A DNA stretch of 64,000 bases. Source: Porphyridium purpureum (lineage: Eukaryota). Shown piece by piece: positions 52,395 through 63,407 of the stretch; position 1 is the stretch's first letter; each line of letters opens with the position of its first letter. The DNA lies in assembly GCA_008690995.1 (NCBI GenBank), contig VRMN01000004.1:558001-622000 (forward strand), given 5' to 3'. The notes beneath the pieces are model-generated. The model did no database searches, was not told the DNA's origin, and saw nothing but the letters and a program-made list of their open reading frames with translations. The translations under genes and the position numbers were made by a program.

Positions 52395-55300
52395 TTAGAC
52401 TATGTTGTGCAAGAAAGAGCTGGGATCCTCATGTTCGCCGGCTGCGTCACCATCCGGCTCGTTCTCAGTGACCTTGGATATCGAACTTGGAGAGAATACC
52501 TTCTCCGAAGGATTCAAGATTGCAGAAGAATTGACCATGGGGGATTGAAGATCGCTCTGGCTCACGTCGAGCTCGTTCAATAATTTGGTAAGATTCGTTT
52601 GCTTCCTTGTCGCTTTCTTCAACTGCATGGACACCTCTGTTTGCAGAGCCGCCTTGAGCATGTTCTGCTCCGCAATGTCGTTCGGATCAAACGCGTTGAA
52701 TTCAACCCACTGCGCGTTATACCCGCTACCACTGGCCTCCACAAACTTGACCATGTGCTCTCGGTAAGAGCCCATCAAGTGCGGAAGCGCGTGGCTACCG
52801 TGGAAGAGAGTCATGTCCGCAAATACAGGGTCGATGATTAGATTGCCGCCTTCGTCGACGAGCACGGCGCGCGGAACGTGCTCGTAATGCTCCCACGTAT
52901 CCTTCGGATTGTTGGTGATGAAATCGTCCTTGTTGACCACACGCCATGAGTGCGGCACAAGGACTGAGAAGCGACGCGCAAACGCACGATTTCCCACTTT
53001 CGGGCTGCCATATGTGTACAATGAGATGCGATTCTTGGGCAGCTCCAAATGGAGCGCAAGATCAAATGCACAAAGCGTAGCTAATGCACCACCCAGCGAA
53101 TGGCCCGTTACAAATAAGCGCGGATGCTTGGTCATGAAACGTCCCTCTGATCCAAAAAGTTCCGTTACGAGAAGCTGCACGTCAGCACGCATCGCGTCAT
53201 ACGCCCTGGCGAAGCCGCGATGGACTCGCGGCTTCTTCTGCCCTAATTGTGGTCTTTTCCATTTGCTCTCGAGCCACTCGGGGCCTACTACCGGTGTGTG
53301 GTCTACTTGCAAGACCTGTGCATTCACCTTCCAGTTGGCACTAGTGACAGTGCCGCGGAACGCCACGATCACGGACTCATTGTTATACGCTATCGCGTAC
53401 ACCAGATCGTGGTTTTCTAGTCCTGTGCGCACTAGTCTATGAAGCTTCCATCCCTTCTCGCTTAGATCATGTTCAAAAACAGCGTGAATCACAGGGTCGT
53501 CCAAATACACAAGCCAGCTTAAATCAAAACAAATGACATTCTCTGACATCACAAACTTGCTCACTGGGTTCATGCGCATGCCCGTGTTCGGATCACGCGT
53601 AGCCTCCCACTTCAGAGGCACACTGACCGACTGGAAGAGTACGCCGGTGCTTTCACGCGACATATTTGAATCGCGTGCCAGCCCACCAAGATCCCTAAAG
53701 CTTTCGGAGCCCACGAAAGAGTTGTGCATATCCTCGTCGCCGCCCACCAGCGTAAGTACCTGCTTTTCCAGCCAGCTCGGCTTGTACCGCGACGGCATGG
53801 ACAAGTACATCTCTAATAGCGAGAAGAGCGTGTATGCCAGTTTGATGCCGAAGCGACCATAATACGGCATGTTGAGTACTTCGGCGGTCTTCACTTCATT
53901 CGCGACAATCGGGTCCGATCCCACAAGGACCATACCTTGTGGTACAAGCGGAGAACATACTAGAGTCGTGATGGTGAGCGCGCTTACGTACACAAAGATC
54001 CCACGGAATGTCCAGAACGCTTGCAGGTGTTTTTGGCGCACACGCATGTACGGAATTTGGGAATTTTTGCGGCTCGAGTAGTAGTAGTTCGCCATGTATG
54101 CGACGACAATCAGCACATTGAGCGCCCCAAACACATTGGCCACAATCACCGTCTTGTCGTTCGAGTCCGCCCGTGTCAGCGTGATCCACGAGACGAACAG
54201 CTGGGGCGAGAACTCGACGCGAGCAATTATTTGGCACGTGACCTGTGCAGCGAACACAACGAGGTTTGGTACCACACGCCATGCGTAGAAAGACCACGAG
54301 TACGGATCGTCTAGCGATTCGCCCCGGCTGATGGAGCCGAGCTTGAGTGCAAAATACGTTGAGAACGAGGAGGTTGTCACTGCGGACATGACGTACCGAA
54401 AGATGATTAATCCCCTCGTAGCGTCAGCAGAAATATGTGACGATGTGAATTGCACTCGGTCTAAATTGAGTGCTGGATTATTCCAAAGAATATCCACTGG
54501 AAGCAGAAAAACCAGGGTCCAGAGAAAATCGCCGCGGTACACATGATCCTTATAGTAGCCAATCCAAGCCTGCCGCAACCCGATGATCCACGCAACCAGC
54601 ATCACAAAACAGCAAAACGATATTCCGACAAAGTTCACATACTCAGTGACCGTAAAACTGGTCACGTTGCAGCCATTCTCCAGGCTGCAACCCGCCTGTG
54701 GCCATCTGTTGCGAGTCATGCCTGTGACAGCCGCCTCAAAGACCACAAAGACAATGAACGTCACCAACTGCATCATGTCGATGGAAAATTTGATTGTCGC
54801 ATTGATCGACTCCAGCCGATTTTGTCGTTGGCGCTCTGACGCCTCGAGATCGAGCACTCCGACGAGGTTCTGCACATTCGGATTCAGAATGCGCTCCATC
54901 GGACGCCCGCCCGCACGCATCGGCGTTTTCAGAAAGTTCTTCATGTCCATGGTGCTACCAGATTCTCCGTGCGACTTGAACAGGAAGTCTTTCAGAGCCG
55001 GTTCATTCTTTCTACTTGGACTGCTAGGTGCGGAGTGTGACTCATGTTGCGGCGTTTGTTCTGGGTCGGTACTCGGCTTTGATTTAAAATTGCCTTTCTT
55101 CAGGGAAATACGCAGTGCTTCCTCGACCGACGCGCCGCCCCTTTTGTCCTTCTTATCTGCGTGTTTGAGCATTTCATAGACAGCCGGGCCCTTCCCGGGC
55201 GGCGAGACCACGCCGGCGCGCGGTGCTGCTCTCGCCGGGGGCGTGACTGCTGCGGGCGTGACGCCGTCGCCCATATGCTTTATCTTTTCCGGTGGCGCGC

Positions 55301-55430
55301 TTGCTGACAGCATTGCTGGCACTGTAGGTTTCATCTTCTCCATATCCCCAGACGAAAGGACCATTTGCGGTACGTTACTCCCGCCTCCCTTGTCGCTGTA
55401 CGCGTTCAGATTGCCACTGTCGTTGTCCAT
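52395..55430 (-). CDS. Multi-pass membrane class 3 lipase
   Basis: 1011 aa. Several hydrophobic helices, then VAFRGT, VHRGF, TGHSLGGALA, YTYGSPKVGN, RVVNKDD. Confidence 0.9.
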   Translation of the reverse strand: MDNDSGNLNAYSDKGGGSNVPQMVLSSGDMEKMKPTVPAMLSASAPPEKIKHMGDGVTPAAVTPPARAAPRAGVVSPPGKGPAVYEMLKHADKKDKRGGASVEEALRISLKKGNFKSKPSTDPEQTPQHESHSAPSSPSRKNEPALKDFLFKSHGESGSTMDMKNFLKTPMRAGGRPMERILNPNVQNLVGVLDLEASERQRQNRLESINATIKFSIDMMQLVTFIVFVVFEAAVTGMTRNRWPQAGCSLENGCNVTSFTVTEYVNFVGISFCCFVMLVAWIIGLRQAWIGYYKDHVYRGDFLWTLVFLLPVDILWNNPALNLDRVQFTSSHISADATRGLIIFRYVMSAVTTSSFSTYFALKLGSISRGESLDDPYSWSFYAWRVVPNLVVFAAQVTCQIIARVEFSPQLFVSWITLTRADSNDKTVIVANVFGALNVLIVVAYMANYYYSSRKNSQIPYMRVRQKHLQAFWTFRGIFVYVSALTITTLVCSPLVPQGMVLVGSDPIVANEVKTAEVLNMPYYGRFGIKLAYTLFSLLEMYLSMPSRYKPSWLEKQVLTLVGGDEDMHNSFVGSESFRDLGGLARDSNMSRESTGVLFQSVSVPLKWEATRDPNTGMRMNPVSKFVMSENVICFDLSWLVYLDDPVIHAVFEHDLSEKGWKLHRLVRTGLENHDLVYAIAYNNESVIVAFRGTVTSANWKVNAQVLQVDHTPVVGPEWLESKWKRPQLGQKKPRVHRGFARAYDAMRADVQLLVTELFGSEGRFMTKHPRLFVTGHSLGGALATLCAFDLALHLELPKNRISLYTYGSPKVGNRAFARRFSVLVPHSWRVVNKDDFITNNPKDTWEHYEHVPRAVLVDEGGNLIIDPVFADMTLFHGSHALPHLMGSYREHMVKFVEASGSGYNAQWVEFNAFDPNDIAEQNMLKAALQTEVSMQLKKATRKQTNLTKLLNELDVSQSDLQSPMVNSSAILNPSEKVFSPSSISKVTENEPDGDAAGEHEDPSSFLHNIV

Positions 55431-56526
55431 GCTGGCGAAGTAGTTTAGACGCCCACTTCATCAGAGCCCCGCACCTCCCCGCCGCGGTGAAAAGCGTACA
55501 CCGGCAACCCCCCTTGTCCTTCTCACATGCACTACTCCCACATCTACCTTTCTTGTGTCTCACGCCGCGCAATCTCCTGTTGGAACAAGCCAGCGGAGCC
55601 ACACCTCTATTTCCTCCGGCGCGATGAGCCAACCCAATTCAGTGGACGTGGCGACCAATCGCGCGGCGCCGTTCTCCCCGCCACCCAAGAACACCGCCCG
55701 AAACCAAGATCGCTACGTGTTCTCCCGGGCAAGCTGTCTCGCTCTGCGGCGCGTGTCTGTGCGAGCCTGGTTTGTACTGTCGTTCACCGTGCGCGCGCGT
55801 CTGTGCCCTCCACCATCGCTCCGTTGTACACCGCGTATCGACGCACACGCAGCCACGACTGTTACCCTCCGACTCCTCCCAACGCCGTCAGCCGCTGCCA
55901 CCACCTTCATTTATTCGGCGCTCCATATCAAAACGCTACGATTTTCAATACAAACGCAGTGAGGCGCACGCGCGTCTGGGTTTCTGGCGTGGCGTGTCGC
56001 TCCACGCAAAGTGCTGAGACGCGCCAGTTGAAAGCGTGGAGCGCACGCCGTCTCGCGGACAAGCCACATCAGCGTCGACGATGAGGACGAGGAGGACGAC
56101 GAAGGAACAGCACACGCAAAGGTCAATCGCGCGCACAGCGCAGAGCCTTCCTTGAAAGCGGCGCCGTCTCAAAGCGAGGCATGACGATTGGTGAAACCGT
56201 CCCATACGCGCCGATGCGGCAGCGTGTGGTGACACGTGTGACGCATGTGTGTGCTTGTGTGCGTTCAACAGAAACGTCGCTCCAGCGAGGTTTCCGGCGA
56301 ATAGGGCAAGCAAGTTTATCTCACCTAGTGTTCCGGTTGCTGAACGAATAGGCTTTCCAACCCGCACTCAGCACCGGCATCCGCCGCGGCCGCCACGCTC
56401 TGCGAAGCGCTGCAGACGCCAGCCTCACAGAGACACCTACACTCTCTTTCCCCTCGTCATCTCACATCCATCCTGACCTAACCCTGCAAACCGAACCGCC
56501 ACACTTCTCAGCGTAACGGTCCTTAT

Positions 56527-56595
<69 letters not shown>
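56527..56595. repeat. Heptamer tandem array (CCGGTTT)x~10
   Basis: Perfect array read directly. Confidence 0.95.
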
Positions 56596-56687
56596 GGGGT
56601 GAATAATTCACAGGTCCCTCAGACGGCTAACACTTAACGGTTCATGTTTGACGGTTCACGTTTGACCTTTAACGGTTGAATGAAACG

Positions 56688-56757
56688 GGCTAACGGCTAA
56701 CGGCTAACGGCTAACGGCTAACGGCTAACGGCTAACGGCTAACGGCTAACGGCTAAC
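56688..56757. repeat. Heptamer tandem array (TAACGGC)x~10
   Basis: Perfect array read directly; extra TAACGG copies at ~56514, 56635 and 56670. Confidence 0.95.
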
Positions 56758-57054
56758 TGCAACCCGGATTGGCGGTGCCGGGCGTGAATTGGAATGGCAT
56801 GGAGCGCGAGATTCTTGCGCAGGTACAGTGAAACTTGAAGGAGCCGGCTCTATGTAAAACGAGGCGGGTTTAGTATGGACGGACGCGCACGGACGGAGCG
56901 TGTACGTGGGTACAGCTCGGAGCGAGTGTGCGGGTGTATCGCGGCGGGGGGGAAACGGGGAGCGGGAAGGTAAGACAAGCGGAAGGTGTGGCGGTGTAGG
57001 TGGGTGGGGGTGGGCTGGATCGGCGACAGGGGCTTGCACGCGCGGGTGATAAGC

Positions 57055-58320
57055 ATGGAGACAAGCTCGTTGCTGGGGCTGAAGCCCAGCAGGAGGCGGC
57101 CGGCCGGCAATGTGGGGTTCGAGGAGGACGTGGGCTCGATGATCAAACGCAACGGCTCGATGATCCTCAATGGGAAAGGCTTTGCCCTGCACACCGGGCT
57201 GGAGGGGTACTGGAGCCCGCCGCTGTCGTATCTCCTCTTCTTCACGCCGTTCGCGTTGGCGTGGGGCTGGATGGAGTGGAACCCCACAGTCACCTTTGCG
57301 CTGTGCTTCCTGTCGCTCATCCCGCTCGCCCTCGTCCTGGGCACCGCCACCGAGGATATCGCGCTCTACTCGAATGATACCATCGGTGGCCTGCTCAACG
57401 CAACCTTTGGGAACGCCGTCGAGATGATCATCGCAGTTCAGGCACTCAGGCAAGGATTCACCGACCTCGTGCAGGCCACCTTGCTGGGTTCGATCTTGAG
57501 CAACCTGCTGCTCGTGCTCGGGTGCTCGTTTTTGTTTGGCGGCCTGATTTACAAGACTCAGCGTATCAGCCGTGTTGTCGTGTCCAGTGTCTCAACAGTG
57601 CTTGCCGTGGTCGTGTTTGGCTTTGCCTGTCCGGCCGTCCTCAGCGAAACAACCAAGGGATCCCAGGCGCCCGTCGATGCAATGTCGCTAATCACCTCTA
57701 TTGCGTTGCTCGTGATCTATGCGCTTTATCTTTTCTTTCAGTTGGTCACGCATGTCGCATACTTCAATGCCGGCGTTGAAGGCGATTCTCCGCAGGTTCT
57801 TAATGGCGTGGTAGCCGACATGCCCGCCGATGATGCCGACGGGGGTTCTGAGCAGCCCAAGGTTGCACTGCCTATCGCGTGTGGGATCCTTCTTGGTAGC
57901 TGTCTGGTCGTCGCTTGGGTCTCGGAGTACTTGGTAGATTCCGTGGACGCATTTGCGTCTAACGTGGGCCTTCCTCCCCGCTTTGTGACGCTGATCTTGT
58001 TACCGATTGTTGGCAACGCCGCCGAGCACTTCTCGGCGGTCACCGTCGCCATGAAGAACAAGTTGGATCTAAGCGTCGGCATTGCGCTGGGCTCGAGCAT
58101 TCAGATTGCGATTTTTGTGGGGCCATCGCTAGTCATTCTTAGTTGGATCTGTGGCTGGAAACACCTCACGCTTGATTTTGACATGTTCCCGACTGTCCTC
58201 GTCGTCGCGTCCGTCTGGCTCGTCAATATCATGATTCGTGACTTTGAGGCCAACTGGTTTGAAGGTGCGATTCTGTGCGTGACGTACTTTGTCATCGCAG
58301 CGTTCACATTTGTGGTGTGA
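57055..58320 (+). CDS. CAX: Ca2+/H+ exchanger (CAX family)
   Basis: Alpha repeats GGLLNATFGNAVE and LLPIVGNAAEH; GSILSNLLLVLG; GSSIQIA; many TM helices. First ATG at 57055. Confidence 0.95.
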   Translation: METSSLLGLKPSRRRPAGNVGFEEDVGSMIKRNGSMILNGKGFALHTGLEGYWSPPLSYLLFFTPFALAWGWMEWNPTVTFALCFLSLIPLALVLGTATEDIALYSNDTIGGLLNATFGNAVEMIIAVQALRQGFTDLVQATLLGSILSNLLLVLGCSFLFGGLIYKTQRISRVVVSSVSTVLAVVVFGFACPAVLSETTKGSQAPVDAMSLITSIALLVIYALYLFFQLVTHVAYFNAGVEGDSPQVLNGVVADMPADDADGGSEQPKVALPIACGILLGSCLVVAWVSEYLVDSVDAFASNVGLPPRFVTLILLPIVGNAAEHFSAVTVAMKNKLDLSVGIALGSSIQIAIFVGPSLVILSWICGWKHLTLDFDMFPTVLVVASVWLVNIMIRDFEANWFEGAILCVTYFVIAAFTFVV

Positions 58321-58462
58321 TCGAGAACGAGGACCGGGCAGGAGGCGTACTACGTCTCGCCATTCGCAGAGTTAGCCAGATTATGATTTTATTTTTTCTT
58401 GGCGTTTCTTATTTGGGGAAAATGGAAAAGAAAGTGCATGCGAATTCGCAGCGCCAGCAGAG

Positions 58463-59074
58463 TCATTGTGTAAATTTTAAGCACCGCGTCTCGTCGTGCG
58501 TCACGCCACACTGCACTGTGCAGAAGCGCGACCCGCAGCGCACGCACGTGTACGGAGCCTGGAAGCCGCACACCGAACAGATTCGGCGCGCCGGAAAGCG
58601 AGAGGGGAGCGCTCGCGCATGCTCATAAGTGCACTCCGTGGTCCCCTCAACTGCTGCTCGCTTGGCTTCTTCCGCCAGCACAAGGTCCAATGGCACATTG
58701 AACGCCTCAATGGCGCGGCGCACTGGCTGTTTTTGCCTCGACGGCTGCTTCTTTTGTGTGGTTGAGACACTGGCTGCTTTCGACGGTTTGCTATTTGCCT
58801 TGCTCTTTTTCTTGCTCTTTCCCACGATGGCCCCGACCACCGCATCGTCCGAGTAGTCGTCCTCACTGGCATGGTCGGGCTCGTACTCGTCGTCGTTTTC
58901 GCCAGCGGCAACCACGTCGTCGCTCTCAAGCGCGTCCAGGCGCCGTTGGCGCGCCTCAAGACGCGCTGACTCGTCCACTTGCGCAAGCAGGACACGGGGC
59001 GCTATTTTCCGCTTGCGCTTGCGCGAATTGCGCTCGGCGGCGGCCGCCGCTGCTGCCGCGGCGGCCTCATCCAT
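58463..59074 (-). CDS. SWC6: SWR1 complex subunit 6 (zf-HIT; SWC6/ZNHIT1/Vps71)
   Basis: RRLDALESDD and C-terminal PARRICSVCGFQAPYTCVRCGSRFCTVQCGVTHDETRCLKF. Confidence 0.9.
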   Translation of the reverse strand: MDEAAAAAAAAAAERNSRKRKRKIAPRVLLAQVDESARLEARQRRLDALESDDVVAAGENDDEYEPDHASEDDYSDDAVVGAIVGKSKKKSKANSKPSKAASVSTTQKKQPSRQKQPVRRAIEAFNVPLDLVLAEEAKRAAVEGTTECTYEHARALPSRFPARRICSVCGFQAPYTCVRCGSRFCTVQCGVTHDETRCLKFTQ

Positions 59075-59160
59075 TCCCTTTCAAAGCGCCGTTGAGCCTG
59101 AAAGCAACGTGCCGACACAGATGTTTGTGGGCCTGATGAGAGAGTGAGATTTATAGCAAA

Positions 59161-60186
59161 TTAAAGAAGATGTTCTGCGCTCATTCGTGCATGGAGCGCG
59201 GCGCCAAGCATGGCCGGAGAATGCACCACCGTCACGTCGGCGGCTTCCAGTGCCTTGATTTTGTCCGTGGCAGTGCCCTTTCCACCGGCGATGATTGCTC
59301 CAGCATGACCCATGCGCCGCCCGGGGGGCGCCGTGAGGCCAGCAATGAAGGAGACGACGGGCTTCTTCACAGGCGATGCCAGCAGAAACTCAGCCGCCTG
59401 TTCCTCGGCCTGCCCACCAATCTCACCGATCAGAATGATGCCCTTGGTGGCGTCGTCTGCCAGAAACATTTCGAGACAATCAATGAAATTGGTACCATTG
59501 AACGGATCGCCACCGATGCCCACGCAAATGGACTGCCCGAGTCCGACCTGCGTGGTCTGATTGACGGCCTCGTACGTGAGCGTGCCCGAACGCGATACCA
59601 CACCTATGGAACCTGGCATGTGCACATGTCCGGGCATGATGCCGATCTTGCACTCGCCTGGTTTGATGATCCCAGGGCAGTTTGGTCCGATCAGACGACT
59701 CTTTGTCGAAGCCTTTAGCAACGACTTGACGCGCACCATATCCTTTTGGGGAATACCCTCCGTGATGGTTACAATAAGGGGCATTTCAGCCTCGATCGCC
59801 TCCTCAATTGCGGCGGCAGCGCCTGCCGGTGGCACAAAAATGACTGATGCGTTCGCGCCGGTCTGGGACATGGCGTCACGCACGCTCCCAAACACCGGCC
59901 GGTCCAAATGCCTTTCGCCCGCGCGCTTCGGGTTCGTACCGCCCACTACATTGGTGCCGTACTCGATGGCTTGCGTCGCATGAAACGTGCCTTGCTTTCC
60001 CGTAAAGCCCTGCACCAGCACCTTTGTATTTTTGTCGACATATGGCGGCGGCCGAGCCATGGCGCTGCCCATATACCGCACATCCTGGGTGCGCCCAGAC
60101 CCGGACCAAGCCACACGAGCGATCAAGGCTTCGCGCACCGATCGTGCTCCAAGCACGCGCGATCCGCATCGCATCACGCTCGCCAT
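59161..60186 (-). CDS. SUCLG1: Succinyl-CoA ligase alpha subunit, mitochondrial
   Basis: [38 protein letters not shown] (phospho-His). Arg-rich presequence from ATG 60186. Confidence 0.97.
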   Translation of the reverse strand: MASVMRCGSRVLGARSVREALIARVAWSGSGRTQDVRYMGSAMARPPPYVDKNTKVLVQGFTGKQGTFHATQAIEYGTNVVGGTNPKRAGERHLDRPVFGSVRDAMSQTGANASVIFVPPAGAAAAIEEAIEAEMPLIVTITEGIPQKDMVRVKSLLKASTKSRLIGPNCPGIIKPGECKIGIMPGHVHMPGSIGVVSRSGTLTYEAVNQTTQVGLGQSICVGIGGDPFNGTNFIDCLEMFLADDATKGIILIGEIGGQAEEQAAEFLLASPVKKPVVSFIAGLTAPPGRRMGHAGAIIAGGKGTATDKIKALEAADVTVVHSPAMLGAALHARMSAEHLL

Positions 60187-60372
60187 GCCACCTCGCACCC
60201 GGTGTAAAATAGCGCGCGCAACCCGTCTTCCCCTCCCCCGTCTGGCGAACTGCTGCTGATTCGCTGTTCGCAAACGCACGTTCACGACTCCCAATCAGGA
60301 CGGAACGGACAAAGATGCAGCTGCAACAGATTTACACAACGTGGTTAGGGAGAGAGGGAGAGTTGGGAGGAC

Positions 60373-62133
60373 TCACGACTGGAGCTTTCGCACGACAAGT
60401 TCGATGCGCGCATCAGCGCCCGGACGGATGCGCGCGCTGACGTCGAGCGACAGCTTGCCCTGATCGCGGAGCTCACTCACAATCTGTTGGACCCGTTCTA
60501 GGTTTTCGGCGGTCGGCGCGGCCTGCGCGTACGGAGCGACAAGACGCTGTAACTCGGCCAATTCGTCTTCTTGGTTATTTGAAAAGATCGAAGTTGATGC
60601 GGTGCTCCCAGTTCGCATCTCCGAAGCAGACCCGGCGCCCTGGCCATCGTTCTCGGCTGAACCGGCGAGCGACGAGGACGGTTCCGACCCTCCATCTCCA
60701 CCCGTAGGTACAATCTCAATGGACAAATATTGTGCTCCGTCTTGCGGATCCTGCCGCAGAAATGCGTCTAATGCCATGGTTAGCTCTCCAGACTGTTTCC
60801 GTGCCGTAATCAGTTCTCTAACTCGCGCTAGCAGATTCTCATCGGCCGAAGGCCCGCTGGGTCCAGCACCCTGCGCCTCCGCGGAACCTGAGCCCGAAGG
60901 ATGCGACGACGCCACTAGCTCGGCTATGGCAGCATGCAAGTTTCTCAGCTGCATTTCCGCATTACCGAATTTGTGCAGAATCTGCTCGCCTACGCCCAGC
61001 TTGGTTTCAGGAGCAGACTCGGAAGAAGCCTTTCGCTGCGCGGTTGGAGGAGCTATGGACAGCATTGCACGCAATATAGTAGGCTGAGCAGCACTCAGCA
61101 TGCTGTTGGCCACCCAGTATACCAGTACTCCAGACGGAAGCGCGGCGTATAAGGGGAATAGCAAAAGAATCGAGCCTTGGATCCCGACCTTGAGCAAGTC
61201 CGTGGCCTCTGGCGAGCGCAAAAACTGCCACACTTGAGACATGGTACTTCGTGAGGCTTGTTCAGCAGATAGTCTTTCGACGTCCGCAGGCGAATACGGT
61301 GCGGTCTGCTGTGATCTTCTGTTGCTACGCTCATTGCCTCCGACTGAATATGAGGGCGATGGCACTGGCGTTGCCTCCACCGCTGCGAGCGGCCGGATGC
61401 TTCGCTCGATTTGCAGCAGCAATAAAAAGGTGTTCAGAGCCGGTAAGACGTATGAAACGTCCATGGCGGTGAGGTCCGAAAAGTCGCCAAACCCGCCTAT
61501 CCGAAGGCCGAGCTCTATCTGCTGCTCATCCGATAGCGCGGCATTTGGATTTAGCCGATCTTTCACACCACCTTCGTAGAAACCGATTTGCGGTGCAATC
61601 GTGGGCGTCGCGCAGACCGACCGAACAGCGAGAACAGCGCTCAGGAAAAACGGAACTTGAAAGAATGGCATCCACGGAAACAACGATATTTTTGACAGTC
61701 CATACTGTCGGAACAGCTCGTCGCGCATTCTCCTCATTGCCACTTTTCTTTGCTGAGGTGAGTCCGCCGGCATGCTGCCGGAAATGCGAGCGATGCCGCG
61801 CAGCTCGCTCTGAACCATGGCAACCTTTTGGCCAGCGCGAGCAAAAGATACTGTGAGCGGTAGCAGGCATATCCTGAGCCCGAGAGCAAAGGCTGAGAAC
61901 GTAAGCACCCATGAGCCGTCGCCCGAATAACCTGGCACGTTTCTTTCTGCCTTGCCGATGATCGCGGCGGGGCCAAGCGAAGGATCTGGAGTGAACAACG
62001 GCACGTGGACGTATTCGCGCGTCTTGAGTAGCGCCGTGCGCATCCAGCCCACTGGTGTTACACAAGCCCACGCGTCAGAAATCCGCGCGCGCCATCCAGG
62101 CTCGCCCATCGCTTGCCCCGCACTTTCGCTCAT
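60373..62133 (-). CDS. Oxa1/YidC/Alb3-family membrane insertase with extended C-terminus
   Basis: LRICLLPL, PFFQVPFFLS..VR, DLTAMDVSYVLP, LPSGVLVYWVANS...Q. Confidence 0.85.
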   Translation of the reverse strand: MSESAGQAMGEPGWRARISDAWACVTPVGWMRTALLKTREYVHVPLFTPDPSLGPAAIIGKAERNVPGYSGDGSWVLTFSAFALGLRICLLPLTVSFARAGQKVAMVQSELRGIARISGSMPADSPQQRKVAMRRMRDELFRQYGLSKISLFPWMPFFQVPFFLSAVLAVRSVCATPTIAPQIGFYEGGVKDRLNPNAALSDEQQIELGLRIGGFGDFSDLTAMDVSYVLPALNTFLLLLQIERSIRPLAAVEATPVPSPSYSVGGNERSNRRSQQTAPYSPADVERLSAEQASRSTMSQVWQFLRSPEATDLLKVGIQGSILLLFPLYAALPSGVLVYWVANSMLSAAQPTILRAMLSIAPPTAQRKASSESAPETKLGVGEQILHKFGNAEMQLRNLHAAIAELVASSHPSGSGSAEAQGAGPSGPSADENLLARVRELITARKQSGELTMALDAFLRQDPQDGAQYLSIEIVPTGGDGGSEPSSSLAGSAENDGQGAGSASEMRTGSTASTSIFSNNQEDELAELQRLVAPYAQAAPTAENLERVQQIVSELRDQGKLSLDVSARIRPGADARIELVVRKLQS

Positions 62134-62253
62134 ACATCCACACGCCTTGCCGTGTGCACATGCATGCGCTTTCTGTCACTTCAGAGACTGGAACATGAAC
62201 GAGTGCTCGCAAGCGCGTGGGCGTCGGTGGATCGCGAGGCGCCGGCCTTTGAA

Positions 62254-62943
62254 ATGATGAAGAGTGGGTTCGACGAGGGCCTCCTGGAAGAACGGCTGGC
62301 GGAGGCAATGGTGCAGCTGATTGAGGATAGTGCGAACCCGGCATTTGGTAGGTGAATGTTGAATTTGACATGAGAAGTACCCCACGTGCGTGCCCGTTCC
62401 ATGCTCACGTAGATGACTCGCCCGTCGAAGGGCGATCGCGTTTACGATAAGCATGCTGCATGGCTCGCGAGGACTATTGACGCTGATCGAAACTGGTGCA
62501 TGCTTCGCTTTGATTGTTGCTGCTTTTGATTCCAAACGCGTGCAGTGAGCAAAGTTTGTCATCTTGCGGGAACGAACGATCCCCGTGAGCTGCGCGCACG
62601 TATTCTAGCAGTTTTGAGGTCGCATCACCTGGAGGGGGCGACTCCTGCTCACGTGACGACGTGGTCTGGAATTCAAGACGCAACCGTTGCTGAAGTTGGA
62701 CGGGGCGAGACGACTGGTCTATGTGACCATGCTAATATTGCAAACCATATGCAGAATGATGCGGGCCTCAAGCATAAACAAGATTCATTTTTGGCAGACG
62801 CCGAAACAGAACGTGTAGCATGCACGTCAAATGGTAGAGAGCCAGCTATCTGTACTAGCGTGATTCCGGACACAAGCGTGACTTCCGTGCTTGTCTTTAC
62901 GGCAGAGCCTGTGGACTCGACTTTTGCTCACAAGCCGGTGTGA
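62254..62943 (+). CDS. Possible two-exon hypothetical protein (intron 62348-62545)
   Basis: A GTAGGT donor after TTTG (62347) and a TGCAG acceptor (62545) join ORFs 62113-62355 and 62545-62943 in frame (..NPAF-V-SKVCH..). No recognisable domain. Confidence 0.3.
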
Positions 62944-63407
62944 TATTATCTACCACGAAGTTTGGCGCGCGTTTCCCTTCAGCTAAAACGTGTCCCTATC
63001 CTGAGAAAGCATCTAGGAAACTTGAAACCAATGCGCTACGTCTGCCGATAAGCGTTCGAGGCGTGTGGAGAGCTACGGAAGAGGCGGTTTTTGTGTGAAG
63101 ATGATATGGTCTCGATTCATAAGAACTGACGTCAAAGAAGTAAAAGGACGATTGAATATTTGTACAACACAGGCAACAAAGCACTCATGATTAGATCTGA
63201 CTTGGATGGAACAAGACACTCTCGACTTTGAACGCAACACAACAAGACGAACAGCGGGAGGAGGAATGAGACACACATAGCAAGGAATGGTCATACTGCA
63301 GGAACCGGAAAAATCAAAAGCTTGGGCACGTGTGGAGCCAGGTCTGCCAGCAACACCCTCCAATGGTGAACATGCTACTAGAAACGCAAAGCATGCACAA
63401 CATAGGC

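Noticed and set aside
49343..62133. Functional gene cluster or operon in the compact right-hand gene block
   Set aside because: Unrelated functions and mixed strands; short spacing reflects general genome compaction.
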